Assembly: GCA_043228905.1 (NCBI GenBank)
Contig: JBHGNT010000004.1
Span: forward strand, 17,360,001-17,424,000
Direction: 5' to 3'
Source of the DNA: Azolla caroliniana
Taxonomy: Eukaryota > Plantae > Polypodiophyta
Length of the DNA stretch: 64,000 nucleotides
Part shown: positions 12,601 to 24,681 of the stretch, piece by piece
Layout of the letters: each line of letters begins with the position of its first letter
Position numbering within the stretch: the stretch's first letter is position 1
Notes under the pieces: generated by a model
The model's input: the letters and a program-made list of their open reading frames with translations, nothing else
The model's database searches: none
What the model was told of the DNA's origin: nothing
Translations under genes and position numbers: made by a program

Positions 12601-15256
12601 GGGAAACGGCCATTTCCCGTTCCAACGCTTCCTGTGCTTGCCGTAATTCCCGAATCGAATCTTTGTCTGGTTTGGCTTCGGTTTCGTCCCGCTGCGGCAA
12701 GTATGGCGCTACGGCTTCAGCCACGTCAATCTCGAAGAGTGGTACGATCTTCGGGTGTTCCTCCAAGTACTGGGCTTCTTCGTCGTCTGCCAACCCTTCA
12801 AGCATGTTCACGCATTCCGCATACAGCGGTGTGCATTCCTTACCGTTGCTCGTCCGTGGTTGTGTCGGTACCCGGACCTTGGCTTTTCCGCGCCGGAAGG
12901 TAATCATATTTTTCCGCCAATTTTGCTTGATGTGTGCTGTTTTCAACCATGGTCTGCCCAGCAACAGTGGGTACGCGCCTTGCGCCTGTAGCTGCAGCAC
13001 TACAGCCGAGATGTGAAATGTGTGACCTCCTATGGTGACTTCCAATTTCCGTATTAAGCCCGTCGGCCGTACAGAGCTCGTATCCGCCATCTGTAGCCAG
13101 AACGGACATGGCTCCCATTCATGTATACCCAAGGCATCACACGTGCGGAGGCTTATTACGTTCACCCCGGAACCTCCATCGATTACTGTGCCGGGAAGTT
13201 CGTGCCCTTTGACAATAGCTGTAATCACCGGACTACTAGTGTCCACCACCGTCGGTCCCTCCTCCGGATTCGAGAAGAGGACTGGTGCCGGTGGGGCTAT
13301 ACCGTCTGTCATGACCGTTTTTAGTCCTTCCGTAAATCGCGGCACGAGCTGCAAGAGTCTTCCTAATGGCAACGTGATCTGACATTCTTGCAGTGCTTGC
13401 CATGTCTCGTTTTCTACGTGGCTACCGCCGGCACTCCCTATGGTATTCGCCTTTTGCCGTTCCGCGTCCGCGACGTTCCTTTCATTGGCTTTCTTCACCC
13501 ATTCCGTCGCCTGTTTTCGTATGGCCTCTTGTGTTTCCCACTCTTTGGCCATGCCTTTCGACCGTGTGGTTACTTGCTGTACATCCGCCACTTTCGGAAC
13601 CACCATATTAACTGCTGGTCGTTTATCGTAGCTCTTTGCCGGGCACTGGTTACTGTAGTGGCCTTCCTGCCTGCAGTAGTAGCAGTACTCTTTACGGGTA
13701 TTGCTGGATTCAGCATTGCTGGTAGCCGGAGCCGGTCCCGTAGTGAGTGGTGCGTTCTATGCCGGTTGGCTCCTTGGGGTTCCATATTCCGGGTCCCTAG
13801 GGTGACCACCTTTCTTGAAATTACGTTTCTTATTATTCTTATTTTTATTTCGGTAGTCCTGTCGTGGTGGATCGTAAAATCGGCCGTAGTCCTCCTGGTG
13901 CCTTCGGTAACCAGGGGAATGGTCTCTGTCGTATTGCTCGTGTCGTTTGTTGGACTCCCGATAACGGTCCGATCGCTCATACCGGTCGTAGTTATCATGC
14001 CGATCCCCGTACCGGCCATCATTCTCTTGTCTGTCTCCGTACCGGACATCCTGTGCCGGTCGGTACCGGTTCATTTTTTGCCAACGATCTTCATCTTCGT
14101 CTCGGCTGCTTCTTGGCTCGATCCGTCGGACGGGTGGTGCTTGTCGGTTTAGCAGGTTATACTCGCACCGGTCCGTTGTATGACTCTTGGATTGACAAAT
14201 CACACACTGGGTTCGCATGGTGCACTCCACTGCCGAGTGTCCGGCATTCAAGCAGATTGTGCATTGAATTGCCTGCCGGAACCGGAGATCTTCATCGGTG
14301 GGTAACGCCCGTTGCAGTGCTCCCAGTGTAAGCCATGAGCTTGACTTTTCCATTTCTCTGACCCGGTCAATGACCTGGTCAATGGTGCTTCCTCGAAAGT
14401 CGATCACCGTACACACCGTGCGTAACGGTTCCCGGAGTGCGTTTAAAAATATCGTCCGTAATTCCTCCTCCGGGGGTGCACGGGCAAGCTGGCTATGCAT
14501 TCGTTGGAAACGGATGACGAATTGGGGAATGCTTTCCCCTGCCTCCTGTCGGATCGTGTAAAACAGGCCCACCATCGTCGTCTGGTCGACCTCCTTGTGG
14601 AAAAAATGCAAGAATTTTGCTTTTAATTCTGCAAAGGTTGTGATGGTTGCCGGGTCCTGCGTCCGCCGCCATCGTGCCGATGGTCCTTCCAACGTGACCC
14701 CGAATTCCGCTATCTTCGAGCGTTCTTCTTCCTCCGGTGTCAATCGCTGGGACGCGTGATTTGCTTCCCATGTCTGCTCGAAGGCATGAACATGCGCTTC
14801 CGCGTCCGGATCATCGCGATACTTTGAGTATTGGAACGGCATGTCGTCGTCCAGTATTAAGCCGCGGTTTAGTGGCGTTTGTTGATATCTTTCCGGTTTT
14901 CTCTCCTGTTCCACTTCCGGTTCTTTTGCCGGTGCTTTTTCCGGTTCCTCTTCCGGTTCTTTTTCCGGTTCCTTCACCGGCTCTTCTTCCGGTACCTTCG
15001 CCGGCTCTTTCGTTGGTGTCGGTGGCTTTGCTTCTTCCACTTCCGGTGTTGGTGGGTTGACGGCTTCCGTTTGCGGTTCCGGATAGCCCTGGTCGAACGG
15101 TTCCGGTTCTGGAGTCGGCACAGTATCCGACCCGTCGTCCTCCGGGCCGCCGGGGGTATCGTTGCTGCTCCAGTAGTTCGTGTGCACGCTGTATCCCCCT
15201 TCGGAATCCGATTCGTAGGCTGAAAAGGCTTCTGCCTCGTTTTCTCCGCTTGCCAA
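9622..15256 (-). pseudogene. Gypsy B gag-pol (gag with CCHC knuckles, protease, RT, RNase H, integrase)
   Basis: IDGGSGVN protease, RVCVDYRKLN / FLDDF RT, FVDASD RNase H, HHCC, GLDFVGP, SDQG and WTGPY integrase. One in-frame TAG at 13757 and frameshifts near 11790 and 11440. Confidence 0.95.
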
Positions 15257-15540
15257 CGCCTCGAGGAGGCGTTCGGTTTCCCGGAGACTACTTAGACCGC
15301 TTCCGTCGTCCTGGTCGCGAGTTTGCTATAACCGAAGAGATTCCTCCGCGACTCTCCGGATCTCGTTGGAGAACGAACGATCCGAGCGAATTTCGTGCGC
15401 TGCTTGCTGGAAAGTCTCACGCCGTCTTTGCCGTTCGGCGAGGCGTCGAGCTCGGTCTGTAACCAGGTCGTACGTTGGTCTCGTCATCCATTAAGTCGTC
15501 GTTCGCTGCGAGAAAGCAGGAATCGTGGTCGCCAAAACTG

Positions 15541-15959
15541 TGTTATTCTCTGACCGGACAAGGCCTAACACAAGGTGTCACGGAGACACTTCACCAAAGG
15601 GTGATTACGGCATAGGATTATGACTCAACGACTACACCGACTTACGTAGGTTACACGATTAGAGCGCTTTTGTTAATTACACGCGTAAGATATAACAGTA
15701 ATTACAGAACGGAAATCAACACAGAAGTATAAACACCATACGCTCTATTAATTATCCGCTGCGATTACAATGGGGTCCGGGCCTTTAAATAGGTTTCCGG
15801 CCCGTAGTACAAAACGGTGCCTATCGCACCTATTCGGGATCCGTCCGGATCTGGAACGGCATACCGTTTCCAGTCCGTCCGTCCATACTATGCTTATTTA
15901 CAACCATACTTAATTAATTCCTTCACTCCGTATTTTGGACTCCTTGCCGGCCGGTAACA
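15541..15959 (-). repeat. Gypsy B 5' LTR
   Basis: Near-identical to 6090-6508; adjacent PBS on the minus strand. Confidence 0.97.
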
Positions 15960-16806
15960 ACCGGTCGAAGAAGCAATTGTAGTTGTCACAGGAAAAGTAT
16001 GTGACAATGGTGCTTCAGCGGTTTAACATGTTAGAAGCAAAACTAGTCGGATCGACACTCTCGGAAAACTGCAAATTATCCGAGATAAGCAAAGCCCAAA
16101 AATAAAGGTAGAGAAGGCGGAGATGATGAAGATTCCATATGCCTCTGCGGTTGGGAGCTTGATGTACGCAATGGTGTGTACTCGACCGGATATTGGATAC
16201 ACAGTCGGAGTGGTGAGTCGGTTCATGACCAACCCCGGAAAAGAGCACTGGAATGCGGTAAAATGGATACTTCGGTACTTGAAGGGCACTTCGAGTATGT
16301 GCCTCTGATTCAGCTTAGGTAAACCCCTCATGGAAAGCTTTACCGATTCGGATATGTCGGCTGATGTGGACACCAGCCGGTCAACTTCTGGATATGTCAT
16401 GACCTATGCACGGGGAGCCGTCTCGTAGCAGTCGAGGTTGCAGAAGACGGTTGCGTTGTCAACTACGGAGGCGGAGTACATGGCAGCTGTGGAAGCCGCC
16501 AAGGAAATATTATGGATGAAGAACTTCATTAGAGAGCTAGGGATCTGGCAAGAGGAATATCGGCTCTACTACGACAATCAAAGTGCCATCCACCATGCAA
16601 AGAACGCAGCATACCAGTCTAGAACAAAGCAAATCCAGCGCAGGTACCACTAGATCGGGGAGTGAGTTGAAGGTCGAGAGTTCGTGCTGACGAAGATCCA
16701 CACAGAGGAGAACAGGTCGGATATGCTAACCAAGGTGTTGACACCCGACAAGCTAGACATATGCCGGAAGAGGATCGGACATAAAAGACATCCCATACCG
16801 GAGTGA
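15960..16806 (+). pseudogene. Copia A pol C-terminus (RT end, RNase H)
   Basis: IPYASAVGSLMYAMVCTRPDI, ALSTTEAEY, DNQSAI; resumes directly after the ACCGG TSD. Confidence 0.93.
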
Positions 16807-16816
16807 AGGGGGAGAT

Positions 16817-17375
16817 TGTTGGGAAATCAGTCTCTCCGGATGAGATCCAGTGATGAATAAAGAGAACCTAGTGAGAACCAGAAGAGATCCGGAAACCGGA
16901 TCGATGGACCCGGTGAGAACCAGAAGAGAAGACAGAATTATAAATATGTCTTGAATAAGCCCATTGAGACTATATTTGTAAATAGCCCTAAGTTCATATA
17001 ACTATAAATTCGACTTAGGGCAATCACTTTAGTTGTGTGTGAGTGTGTTGTTGTCATATTGTTGTAACTGTTGTACAGAGAGTGAGAGGGGGAGAGAGAG
17101 AGAGATACAAAGCGATACTCTGTTGTAACCGTCACTGTGAGAAGAAACAGAGCTCGAGGTCGTTGCCTCCGAGTCTTTGATTGTACCCCCATCTCTTCAT
17201 AGTGATAGTTTGAATTTTATGGGCTCCCGTGGTTTTTCCCTATTAGGGTTTTCCACGTAAACATCCAGTGTCATTTTCTTATGTACTCTTCACTTCCCAT
17301 TTCTGTGTTTGATTCTTATAGAAGTGATTTACTACTCGGTTGTGGCCGAGCAATATTCTGTGCAATTTCCCCTCA
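16817..17375 (+). repeat. Copia A 3' LTR
   Basis: TGTTGGG..CCTCA, preceded by the PPT. Confidence 0.93.
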
Positions 17376-17551
17376 CCCGCGATAGAGCCATCGAGTCCAT
17401 AGTCTGCACGATAGGCCGGTTCGGAGGGAAGAACACAACAAGTTATTTGGAGGCCTATGGGGGCGAGATGATAATGAGGGACATCCCGGAGGACAGAAGA
17501 CTGTCCGGATTCCCTCAAGTGGTGACACCGGGCATCCACGCGGAGGTGCTC

Positions 17552-20500
17552 TGTAAAAGAATAGTGTGCGGAAGCAATAGAAAACCAAACACAAAAACGC
17601 AAGTTTAATGGAGAGCTTGAATATACACAGTACGTGGGAGAGACAGACATAGAGAGAGAGTGCATATGAAACTCAATTCAAAAATAATACACAATTTGTA
17701 CATAGGATGTGCTCAGTGAGCACTTTTATACAAGTCCATACGGACTGACGGAAGTACTGACACATACTTCAATGCTCATAACTGAGCTCTACACTAACTC
17801 CCAAAATATATTCCTACACGGAATATCTTTCCAACGGCCTCGCGGTTTACGCACCGCTACGGCCTATTGTGCGCACGGTTTTACGCACCCGATTATACAC
17901 CGAATGTTGAGCTTGTCTCTCAACACTCCCCCTCAAGCTCAACTTGAGGTTTTGTCCGTTCTTCCGGATCTACGCTCCCGTTCCTTTTGGCTTCACGCCT
18001 CACTCGCGCTCCTCGACCCGTTCGATTCCGCACGCTTTGAACCTTCCGGTCGGCGTGTCTACTCGTTCGGCCCTCCTCAGCTCCGTTGTTGTCACGGTGT
18101 TGGTGCTTCTTCTACTGCCTTCTCTTCCGCTTGGCCCTCAGTTGATTCGGCGTATCTGAACCAAGCATCCAAACTCACTCAGCTTCCTCCAATCGGTCTT
18201 CGCTCTCGTCCGAGTTGGTTGTCTCCAACTTGTCTTCGGTCTTCTCGCCCTTGATGGCTTCGTTTCCCCCATGCTTGGTTGGCTTCGGCTCTTTCTTTCG
18301 ACTATTGCCCTCACATCCGCTTTCAGACTCTTTCGCCAATCCGAAATCGAATTCGTCATCTGACTTGGCGTCGCGGTCTTCCGGAACATCTCTCCCCCTT
18401 CCATGGTCATTCGGGACGTCTCTCCCCCTCAAGTTCGGCACGTTAAGGTGAAGCAACCCAAGCGCACCCGAGAATTGCCGCAACTTGTCTAGACCAAGAG
18501 GCTTGGTGAAGATGTCGGCGGTCTGCCGATCCGTCAGAACATATTGAAGTTCGACTTCACCAGAGAGGACATGCTCACGAACGAAATGGTAGTGCACCTC
18601 AATGTGCTTAGTGCGGGCGTGGAAGACAGGGTTCTTTGCTAGCTGGATGTTGCTGAGGTTGTCGCAGTATATCGTTGTCGGATCGAGCACCTCCACCTGC
18701 AGATCCTTAAGTAGCCTTTTCAACCATATGGCTTCGCATGTCGCTACAACCACTCCTCTATACTCGGCTTCGGTGCTCGATAGTGCAACTATCAGCTGCT
18801 TCTTGCTACTCCACGCGATCGCGGGAGAGAACGCGAAACCGGACGTGGATCGACGATCAACGATGTTGTCGGCCCAGTCGGCATCGGTGTAGCCAACCAA
18901 CTGCAGGGTTGTACCGGTCCGATATAGTAGCCCCCGATCCTTAGTGCCACTTACGTACCGCAATACGCGTTGTGCACACTGAAGGTGCTCCTCGGTAGGT
19001 CGCGCCATGAACTGACTAATCACCCCGACCGGGTAGCTAAGATCTGGTCGGGTGATGGACAAGTATATAAGGCTTCCGACTATCTGTCGGAACCTCGTCG
19101 GGTCGCATACCTTTCCGGAATCGGGGCGAAGCTTGACAGTTCTATCCAGAGGAATCGAGACGGACTTACAGTCAGCCATCCCGAATTTGAAGAGCATACT
19201 CAGCACGTAATGTCGTTGGCTGATCAGTATGACTTCAGGGGTGCGGATCACTTCGATCCCGAGGAAGTAATGAAGGTCCCCCAGATCCTTCATGTCGAAT
19301 GATGCCACAAGCTGGAGCTTCACGCGGTCAATTTCACCTAGGTCGGCGCCGGTGATGACCAAGTCATCAACATAAAGTAAAATGCTAACCAGCCCGAGTC
19401 GACCTTTCCGAATGAAAAGTGAGGAGTCTGATTTTGACGTCGCAAAGCCCATCCGACGCAATCGTTATGTGATCTTCGCGTTCCAGGCACGTGGGGCTTG
19501 CTTTAGTCCCTAACGGGACTTCTTCAACCGACACACCGCCGAGGTGTTCGTTCCAGAGTGAAATCCGGGGGGTTGTACCATGTACACCTGTTCCTCCAAC
19601 TCACCTTGCAGAAACACATTCTTTACATCCATTTGATGTAAGTGCCACCCCTTCGTTGCAGCTACTGCAAGCAAAACGCGAACAGTCGTCATCTTCGCGA
19701 TAGGTGCGAAGGTCTCGTCGTAGTCCACGTCGTGCTTCTGCGCGTAGCCTTTCGCTACTAATCGGGCCTTGTATTGGTTGTCCGAGCCGTCAGTGTTGTA
19801 CTTGACCTTGGTAGACCCACCTACATCCAATCAGTTGCACACCTTCTGGTGCGTCAACCAGGTCCTAGGTTTTATTTTCGGCCAATGCATGCATCTCTTC
19901 CTCCATTGCGGCACGCCAATTTGCGTCCTTTGCCACTTCTGCGTAGCTCTCTGGCTCACGCACTTCCGCTACACGAATCATGTACGCATAGTGATGTGCC
20001 ATGTACTCATTGTATCCAAACCGCACAACAGGGTTCTTCTGATGGGTAGATCGATGTAATTGCTCATTTGCCGATGTTGAGGCTTTCTTGGCCGACGCGG
20101 ACTTCGCTTTCAAAGACCCGTCATCACTTCCCTCGGAGTCGGACTCGCGTCGATCCGACTCGTTCCTATCCGTGTCGTAATCCGACACCGTCTTCTTCCC
20201 TTTTTCCTTGCGTGTAGGCCGTCTCCTTGGCTTCCTGCACGGGGAATGCACGGCCGAGTCTCCACTAGTCGTCGGCTCTTCTTCAGACTGGTCAAACCGA
20301 CCCAGTTGCTCGTTCGGTCCACTTAACCGAAACAAGGGTCCCGATTTCACCCTCATCCGGAGGCACTTCAGCCTCGTTGACCTCATCATCAGAGCTCGGA
20401 TTGGAGTTGAGGTCCGGAGTCGGAGGCAAGTACCAGGACACGGATTCGTCAAACACAATGTTGTGGCTCATGCGAGCTTGTTTGGTTCGGGGGTTATAGC

Positions 20501-23412
20501 ACTTATAACCCTTCTACTCATCCGAATAGCCAACTAAGATACACTTCTCAGCTTTTGCGTCCAACTTCCTTTGTCTCTCTTCCGGCACATGCACATACGC
20601 AATGTTACCGAAAACTCTCAAGTGTCGTAGATTCAGCTTCCTTCCGAAATACAGCTCATGTGCCGACACTTTGTCTCCAATCCAATTCTGGACATACACC
20701 GCGGTTCGTACCGCCTCAGCCCAATAGAACTTGGGCAAGCTCTTTTCTTCCAGCATTGCCCGTGCCACTTCCACAATCGACCGATTCTTCCTTTTGGCCA
20801 CGTCATTCTATTTCATCGTATATCTGCAGCTAAATTCGCGTTCAATTCCCATCTCTTGCAGATACCCGCTGAATTGACCGAAAAAGTACTCTTTTCCACC
20901 ATCCGACTGCAAGCACTTGATCTTTCTTCCTGTTTCCCTTTCGACGAAACTCTTTAGACCCCGGAAACAGTCGAAGACTTCACTCTTCTTCTCAATGAGG
21001 TAGATCCACGTGTGCCGCGTATAATCGTCGATGAAGGAGACGAAATATCGACTCCCGCCAAGACTAACGTTCTGTGCCAGCCCCCATACATCGGAATGTA
21101 TCAAGTCGAGCTTGTTCCGACTCCGCATTAGGGAAAGGAAGTCGATGTTTCTTCCCTAGCTGGTAGGCTTCACAAATTTGTGCCTTCCGGCCACTAAATT
21201 TGGGCAATCCGAACACCACCTGTTTCGATTGCAGGTCCTAAAGCCGTTGATAGTTGACGTGACCTATCCGCTTGTGCCATAAGTCGATATCCGACTCGGT
21301 TTTATGTCCTTTCATGACATTGTGGTGCCACCATCACTAGAGTCGAGGATAAACATCCTCCCGTCTATGTGCCCTTGCGCAATAACTTGGCCTTCTTCCT
21401 CGATGAAGCACCCGAGATGCATAAACCGAACCAAGTTCTGGTCGACACCAAGTTCTTTGTGATTGTTGGAACGTGTAACACATTCATGAGTTTCCCTTTC
21501 TACTCGACATGGCTTAGGGGAACTTCACCGACATTCGAGATCGGATGCGGAGTGTCGTCTCCGGTTGTGACTACTCCCAGTTGCATCGGTTTTTCCAGGT
21601 ACGAGAACCACTCCTTGTGGCACGTCATGTGGTTTGACGTTGTCGTGCCTTTCGGCGCCAGATCGTTGCGTGAGTCGGGTGGGAACCGTCGGGGTTTTTG
21701 ACTAGGAGGAGGAAGAATTTGAGACGAGTTTAGTTAAGAATATGAATCGATTATAAGAAAGAGATATAAAAAACTTGTAAATCCCACAAGTATAATGAAT
21801 TTTATTAATCAATATATAGATAAGAATATGAGTTTAGATTGAAAGAGATAGATATACAAATCTCGTGAATCCCACGAGTATAGTTTATTTTGTGAATCCC
21901 ACGAATATATTTTATTAATTGGTGTCTTTTAGAAATATATCCAATTTCCAAATATTCTATGTTCCCCATCCTATTACATTGTGCTCCCCATCCTTATATA
22001 GTGATGAGAGAGTCTTAATAATCTATGCTTTTTCTCTAACAATGACCTCCATGCTTTTTCTATCAATAGACTATATGCTTTCTCTAACATGCTTTTTCTA
22101 ACGTCATGCGTTTTTTATCGACTATAGTGTTCATGCATGCTAGATGTGCATGTGTAGCTTTTTCTTTTATCATGCGTTTTCCTAAAGTTTATCCTAGCGT
22201 GAACTTACCTTTCTATGTGGGACATCTACTTTTTGACACTAATGATATGTTAGTGTAATGGTAAGGCTTCACATTATTAACATGGAGGTGTTAGGTTCAA
22301 ATGTTGCCCTATGCATGTAATTTATATTTTAATATTTTCTTCTATTTCTTCATATTTATTGAATCTGGTATTATATACGTTTTTCACGTAGTGTACGAAA
22401 TACACTACGACAACGCGTCGGAGTCGACGTACCATACCTCGTCCGATTTCGGGGTAGACTTCTTCATTGAGTTTGCTTCGTGTCTCGTCACGAAGGCTGA
22501 CCCTCTTCCGGCTTTTCTGGATCCTTCGGTGTAGTGCGATCGTTGCCAATTTCCTTTGTTAGTCTGTCCGGAACCGGATCCGGACCCGGTTCTCTCCGAA
22601 TCGGCGCGCTTTTTCCAGCACTCACTCTCCCTATGGCCTTTCTTGCCACAATACGAGCATTCCGTGGTGGATTTCCCTTGCCGGTTCTCATCGCCTCGAC
22701 TCCCCCTATTTCCGAAGGGTCTAGAGTTGTTGTCGGCATCACTTCGGTGCCTTCTTCCTTGGTCCCGTCGGCTGCCTCCATTGTGCACCGACTCGCCTCG
22801 TCCGACACGTCCACGGGGCCTATCTCCCTCCGTGTACAGCATCTTGTTGTCGGTGTGCGTGCTCATTGACGCACCCGCGTGGTTCTCTATAAGGAGCATC
22901 GATTGTAGGTCGAAAAATGACGGTATATTCTCCCGTGTACACACAGCAGTTCGGAACGCTCCGAACATCGATGCCAAACCTCCAAGACAGATTTGCACCA
23001 TATCGGCTTCTTCGATATTCACATTGATGGAGGCCAGAGAGTCGCAAATGTCCTTGATTTTGGAGGTGTAGTCTGTCACCGACAAGTCGCGTTGTCGTAG
23101 GTTGCTCAGCTCCTATCGGAGTTGAAGCTTCTTGGTTGTAGTGCTTACGACGAAAATCTTCTTCAGATTTCCCCAAGCATCTTTCGACGTTTTTGCATCC
23201 CGAATGTAGCTTAGCAGTTGTTCGCCCACACAAGACGCGAAGCAATATAGTACTCTGCTCGCCGATTGTTCCCACGCCGGGAAATCTTTGTGTATCGATT
23301 CGGGTGATGTGTCATTTGCTCCATCAACATAGCTCCAATAAACGTGCCCGAGCAGGTACTTGTGCATCTTGTAGGACCAAGACGCGTAGTTGTTTCTAAC
23401 GAGCTTCTCCGT
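17552..23412 (-). mobile_element. Ty1/Copia retrotransposon C, degenerate; 5' LTR and PBS not found in the window
   Basis: 3' LTR 17552-17925 (TG..CA) with PPT at 17926-17938; RT/RH (LYVDDLV, YTDADWA, HARTKHIEV), integrase, gag (NNYASWSYKM; CSYCGKKGH; WYVDS). Cut at 23412 by the LTR of element D. Confidence 0.92.
21641..22412 (-). repeat. Solo LTR (TGTCG..CGACA type) inserted in the Copia C protease region
   Basis: Terminal TGTCGT/ACGACA; flanks ACGT|..|ACGC (4-bp TSD, 1 mismatch). Removing it restores WYVDSDASNHMT. Homologous to 39851-40493 in the opposite orientation. Confidence 0.88.
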
Positions 23413-24021
23413 TGTCGTGAAGATTTTCGGCAATAGTGTGAAAATCCCATAAAACGTACGAAATCGAGTATGAATCACATAGTACAATAATTGTGAAGAT
23501 AACATTTTAAATAAATTTAATATCTAAGTACAAAATGATGGAGGTTTCGAATGCACTTTATTACACGAGAAACGGACAACTAAATGTCAAGATATGAGGG
23601 TATAAAGTTTGTGAAAGGAAAAGAGAAAGTTGTGAAACACGTTCGCGTTCACAAGTGGAAGGATTGCGCATTCCACTTGTAGAATCTTCTTAAAACAACG
23701 CAAATACACCCTCTCTACAAAAATTGGATGCACTAGTATCACATGTTCCTCAACTTGATGAGAATTTGCAAATATAAAAATACATGATAGATCTACGAGT
23801 GGAGATCATTAGAAATCATGCAAGTTTAGACATGTTGATAAGTTAATGTAGGCATAATAAAGTTCAACTATGGCTCAATATGTCACTACTGTGCGACAAG
23901 GGAAACACTAACTTAAAGACTTATATTAATTAGGTAAGTTTTACAAAAATATTAGGTGTACTTGTATCCATACTAATAAAATGAGATATAATTTATACTT
24001 TGACCCATACGTGCATGTATG

Positions 24022-24290
24022 TAATTGTGGAAAATGTAGGATAGTGCACATTAGGATAAGTGATTGGAATAACTAACCTATTAAAGTATTCAATACTTGT
24101 ATTTAAAGTTGATCTAATCTATTCCTCAGTTTGTTCATATGGGATCAAACCATATGTTTATAATTGTGGACAATGTAAGGCAGTGAACTTTAGGATAATG
24201 TCGTGGAAATAACAAACCTATTAGGCTTTCATACCTGTATTTAAAATTGATCTACTCTATTGCTTAGGTGATTCACACAAGATCAAACTC
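24022..24290. repeat. Diverged ~139-bp tandem duplication in the left subterminal region of the DNA transposon
   Basis: TAATTGTGGAAAATGTAGG..GATCAAAC (24022-24150) recurs as TAATTGTGGACAATGTAAG..GATCAAAC (24161-24290). Confidence 0.75.
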
Positions 24291-24681
24291 CGAACGATAA
24301 CGCAACTGGAACCATTATCAACACACTACACAATCTAAGCAGCAATGGAATAGAAACATAATAGTTTTAACAATAGAAGACAAAGATCCATAATAACAAC
24401 ATGGACAGTCATGGCAACAATTATAGGGCCATGTTCTGTTAAGGTTAGCTTGGACCAAAATCAGCCTCCATTTAAACTAGTTCATGTTTCTCCATAAGTT
24501 TGGTAGTCAGCTATGCACGCGGTGAAACCAATGTCATAAATCTACTAATCAAGTATATAAAAATAAAATTGAAACATATAGAAGATTATAAAGAATAGAA
24601 TCCACTAAGTAAAACCCAAAATTTGTATTAATAATGTGAAATTTTAACAAATCGTCAGTGTCATATTCTTCATAGAGTCTA

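Larger units (their letters stand above)
6090..15959 (-). mobile_element. Ty3/Gypsy retrotransposon B (non-chromovirus), very recent insertion, with extra 3' ORF
   Basis: 419-bp LTRs 6090-6508 and 15541-15959 with only 2 differences found; TG..CA ends; perfect 5-bp TSD ACCGG (6085-6089, 15960-15964); PBS-like TGGCGACCACG just inside the right LTR. Confidence 0.97.
2391..17375 (+). mobile_element. Ty1/Copia retrotransposon A (Tnt1/Tork-like), degenerate, with Gypsy B nested inside
   Basis: LTRs 2391-2903 and 16817-17375 (~6% diverged by manual count), PBS TGGTATCAGAGC (iMet) 2907-2918, PPT GAGTGAAGGGGGAGAT 16801-16816, gag-PR-INT-RT-RH order. Confidence 0.95.

Noticed and set aside
6915-15223. 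Numerous + strand ORFs across Gypsy B
   Set aside because: Antisense shadows of GC-rich gag-pol and extra-ORF coding sequence, with no motifs of their own.
23113-23505. ORF listed on the + strand in the provided track
   Set aside because: The listed peptide reads from the minus strand. It is Copia C gag fused to LTR D sequence, not a separate gene.
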